A DNA stretch of 36,172 nucleotides from a virus (Duplodnaviria; Caudoviricetes), in IMG/VR virus record IMGVR_UViG_3300022936_000190, positions 1-36,172 of that record. One strand, written 5' to 3'. The first letter of the stretch is position 1; each line of letters starts with the position of its first letter. This document shows positions 34,570 to 36,172 of this stretch, piece after piece. Both the position numbers and the translations under genes were made by a program. Below the pieces are notes generated by a model. It made no database searches. It was not told the origin of the DNA and saw nothing but the letters and a program-made list of their open reading frames with translations.

Positions 34570-35704
34570 GTTTCGGCTACGGGATGGTACTGGCGAAATT
34601 TCGCTGAAATATACAATCCGCGACACCGATCGGCACGGCAACGTACGCGTGTATTTCCGCAGGCCCGGCGGCCCTAAGATACGGCTGCTCGAAAAGCCGG
34701 GAACTGACGCGTTCTTACTGGAATATCGCAGCGCTGCCACAGGCGGAAAGCCTAAGCCCAAAGGCGTGACGTCAAAAGAACCAATAGCAGACACGCTGTC
34801 GTGGCTTTTTCTGCGATACCTTGAGTCTGCTGAGTTCAAGGGTCTGCATGCCAGCACAAGGCAGGTGCGCCGGCTGCTCCTGGAGCATATTGCAGCCGCC
34901 GATGGCAACAAGCCCTTCCGTCTGCTCGAGACTAAGCACGTCCGGCGCATGCGCGACCTCAAGGCCGCGCAGCCGGAGGCAGCCAATGCACGTGTCAGAG
35001 CACTTAGGGCGGTGTTCGGTTGGGCTACATTGCCAGGAGTTGAGCTAGCCACGACAAATCCCGCTAAAGACGTCCCATATATCGAACGGAAAGGCGAAGG
35101 CTTCCATTCCTGGACGGACCGCGAGATCGACCAGTTCGTCGCACGGCATCCGATTGGCACTTCAGCACGTCTCGCCATGTCGCTGCTTCTCTACACAGGG
35201 CAGCGCCGGAGCGACGTAGTTCTGTTTGGCCCGCGGCATGTCCATGACGGCTGGCTGCACTTTACCCAACAGAAGAATAAGGATCGCAAACCCATTTATC
35301 TGGAGATACCGATCCAGCCAGAGCTACAGGCGGTTTTAGACGCCTCGAAACTCGGGGCGCAAACATTCCTGGTCAATAAATTCGGAAAGTCATTTTCACC
35401 TGAGGGCTTCAGCAACTGGTTCCGAATGCATTGCGTCGAAGCAGGGCTGCAAGGTTGCACTGCGCATGGACTTCGAAAAGCAGCTGCTCGCCGAATGGCT
35501 GAAGATGACCGTAGTGGGCACCAAATTATGGCCATCACCGGCCATACAACCTTGAAGGAAGTTGACCGCTATACGCGCGCTGCAAACCAGCGCAAACTTG
35601 CGGGGCAAGCCTTCCCGTCGCGGCAAGCTCCAACACAAAAAGTCCCACAAATATCGGAAAATTCCGAAGGTGAGACAAAAGCAGCGGTTAAGCCATTGAA
35701 ATGA
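34562..35704 (+). CDS. int: Tyrosine integrase
   Basis: DRHGNVRVYFRR arm-binding start; YTGQRRSDV (R), HGLRK (HxxR), ITGH, RY catalytic residues. Confidence 0.93.
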   Translation: MAKFRLRDGTGEISLKYTIRDTDRHGNVRVYFRRPGGPKIRLLEKPGTDAFLLEYRSAATGGKPKPKGVTSKEPIADTLSWLFLRYLESAEFKGLHASTRQVRRLLLEHIAAADGNKPFRLLETKHVRRMRDLKAAQPEAANARVRALRAVFGWATLPGVELATTNPAKDVPYIERKGEGFHSWTDREIDQFVARHPIGTSARLAMSLLLYTGQRRSDVVLFGPRHVHDGWLHFTQQKNKDRKPIYLEIPIQPELQAVLDASKLGAQTFLVNKFGKSFSPEGFSNWFRMHCVEAGLQGCTAHGLRKAAARRMAEDDRSGHQIMAITGHTTLKEVDRYTRAANQRKLAGQAFPSRQAPTQKVPQISENSEGETKAAVKPLK

Positions 35705-35735
35705 TTGTAGGGGTTAGGCTTGTGGTGCGCCTTTC
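35700..35735. other. Putative right attachment site (TGGTGCGCC, reverse complement of a tRNA-like GGCGCACCA 3' end)
   Basis: Lies about 17 nt after the int stop; phage genes end here; no second copy in the window. Confidence 0.35.
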
Positions 35736-35842
35736 CGGCGACCAGTCAAACCAAATCTTTACCGAACTCGCTCAGTGGGAGCAGATTTTAAAGGACACTT
35801 CGTTGGCCAAGCCAACGCCGCCCTCTTTGTGAGGTGCGGGAC

Positions 35843-36172
35843 ATGTCCAAGCTCACTCCTAAATTCAACACTGCCCGTAATCTGGTCGCAGAAGCCCTCG
35901 CAGCTCAAGCTGCGGCAATGCCAGCTGCCGTGCAGCCAGAGGCAGCCGAGAAGCCCAAACGTCCTGCGCCATTTTCCATACGCCTGAGCGATGCTGACCG
36001 CACCCGCTTAGCTATCGAGGCTGCGGGCGCTCCGCTCGGGGCATACATCAAAGCCAAACTTCTCGGCTCGGTGGTTGTAGAGCGCAAGCGCCGGAAGGGC
36101 CTATCCATACAGGACAGGGAGGCGCTTGCGCAGGCACTGGCGCTGCTGGGACGCTCCCACCTTTCCAGCAAT
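35843..36172 (+). CDS. mobC: MobC-like relaxosome accessory protein (partial, runs off window; not in ORF track)
   Basis: GAGGTG RBS; KRPAPFSIRLSDADRTRL..EAAG.PLGAYIKAKL ribbon-helix-helix and LAQALALLGRSHLSSN leading into the MobC motif. Confidence 0.75.
   Translation, partial: MSKLTPKFNTARNLVAEALAAQAAAMPAAVQPEAAEKPKRPAPFSIRLSDADRTRLAIEAAGAPLGAYIKAKLLGSVVVERKRRKGLSIQDREALAQALALLGRSHLSSN

Larger units (their letters stand above)
399..35730. mobile_element. Lambda-like (cos, GpA terminase) siphovirus prophage; left boundary not visible
   Basis: Colinear tail, head, packaging, replication, cro/cI, early-left, xis and int modules in lambdoid order. Confidence 0.95.

Overview
Almost the whole window (~399-35730) is a lambda-like siphovirus prophage in an alphaproteobacterium. 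The host assignment is inferred from a GTTC-N7-GTTC LexA box, a GapR/DUF2312 domain, and ExoI-like and DUF3597 genes. The minus strand carries cro, the early-right/replication operon, a Q-position regulator with a pR'/tR'-like late promoter, an HNH gene, a cos-like region, terminase Nu1/GpA, gpW, portal, ClpP-type protease, gpD, gpE, and head-tail and tail genes ending in an SGNH-esterase tail spike. The plus strand carries cI, a cI-linked membrane-protein pair, DUF3597, the early-left operon, xis and a tyrosine integrase. Past the right att, a second MobC-encoding mobile element begins. No lysis genes, recombinase or left att are recognisable in the window. The main points of interest are: (1) a GapR-ParB-like fusion within an early operon of host chromosome-regulator look-alikes (LexA DBD, GapR, ParB-N, adenine MTase, DnaA domain IV); (2) a LexA-box-controlled orphan gene beside pL; (3) a rex-position membrane pair; (4) a 1-nt frameshift in the tail terminator gene; (5) operator, iteron and cosB-like repeats readable directly in the DNA. 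All family assignments come from motif recognition by eye; no searches were run.
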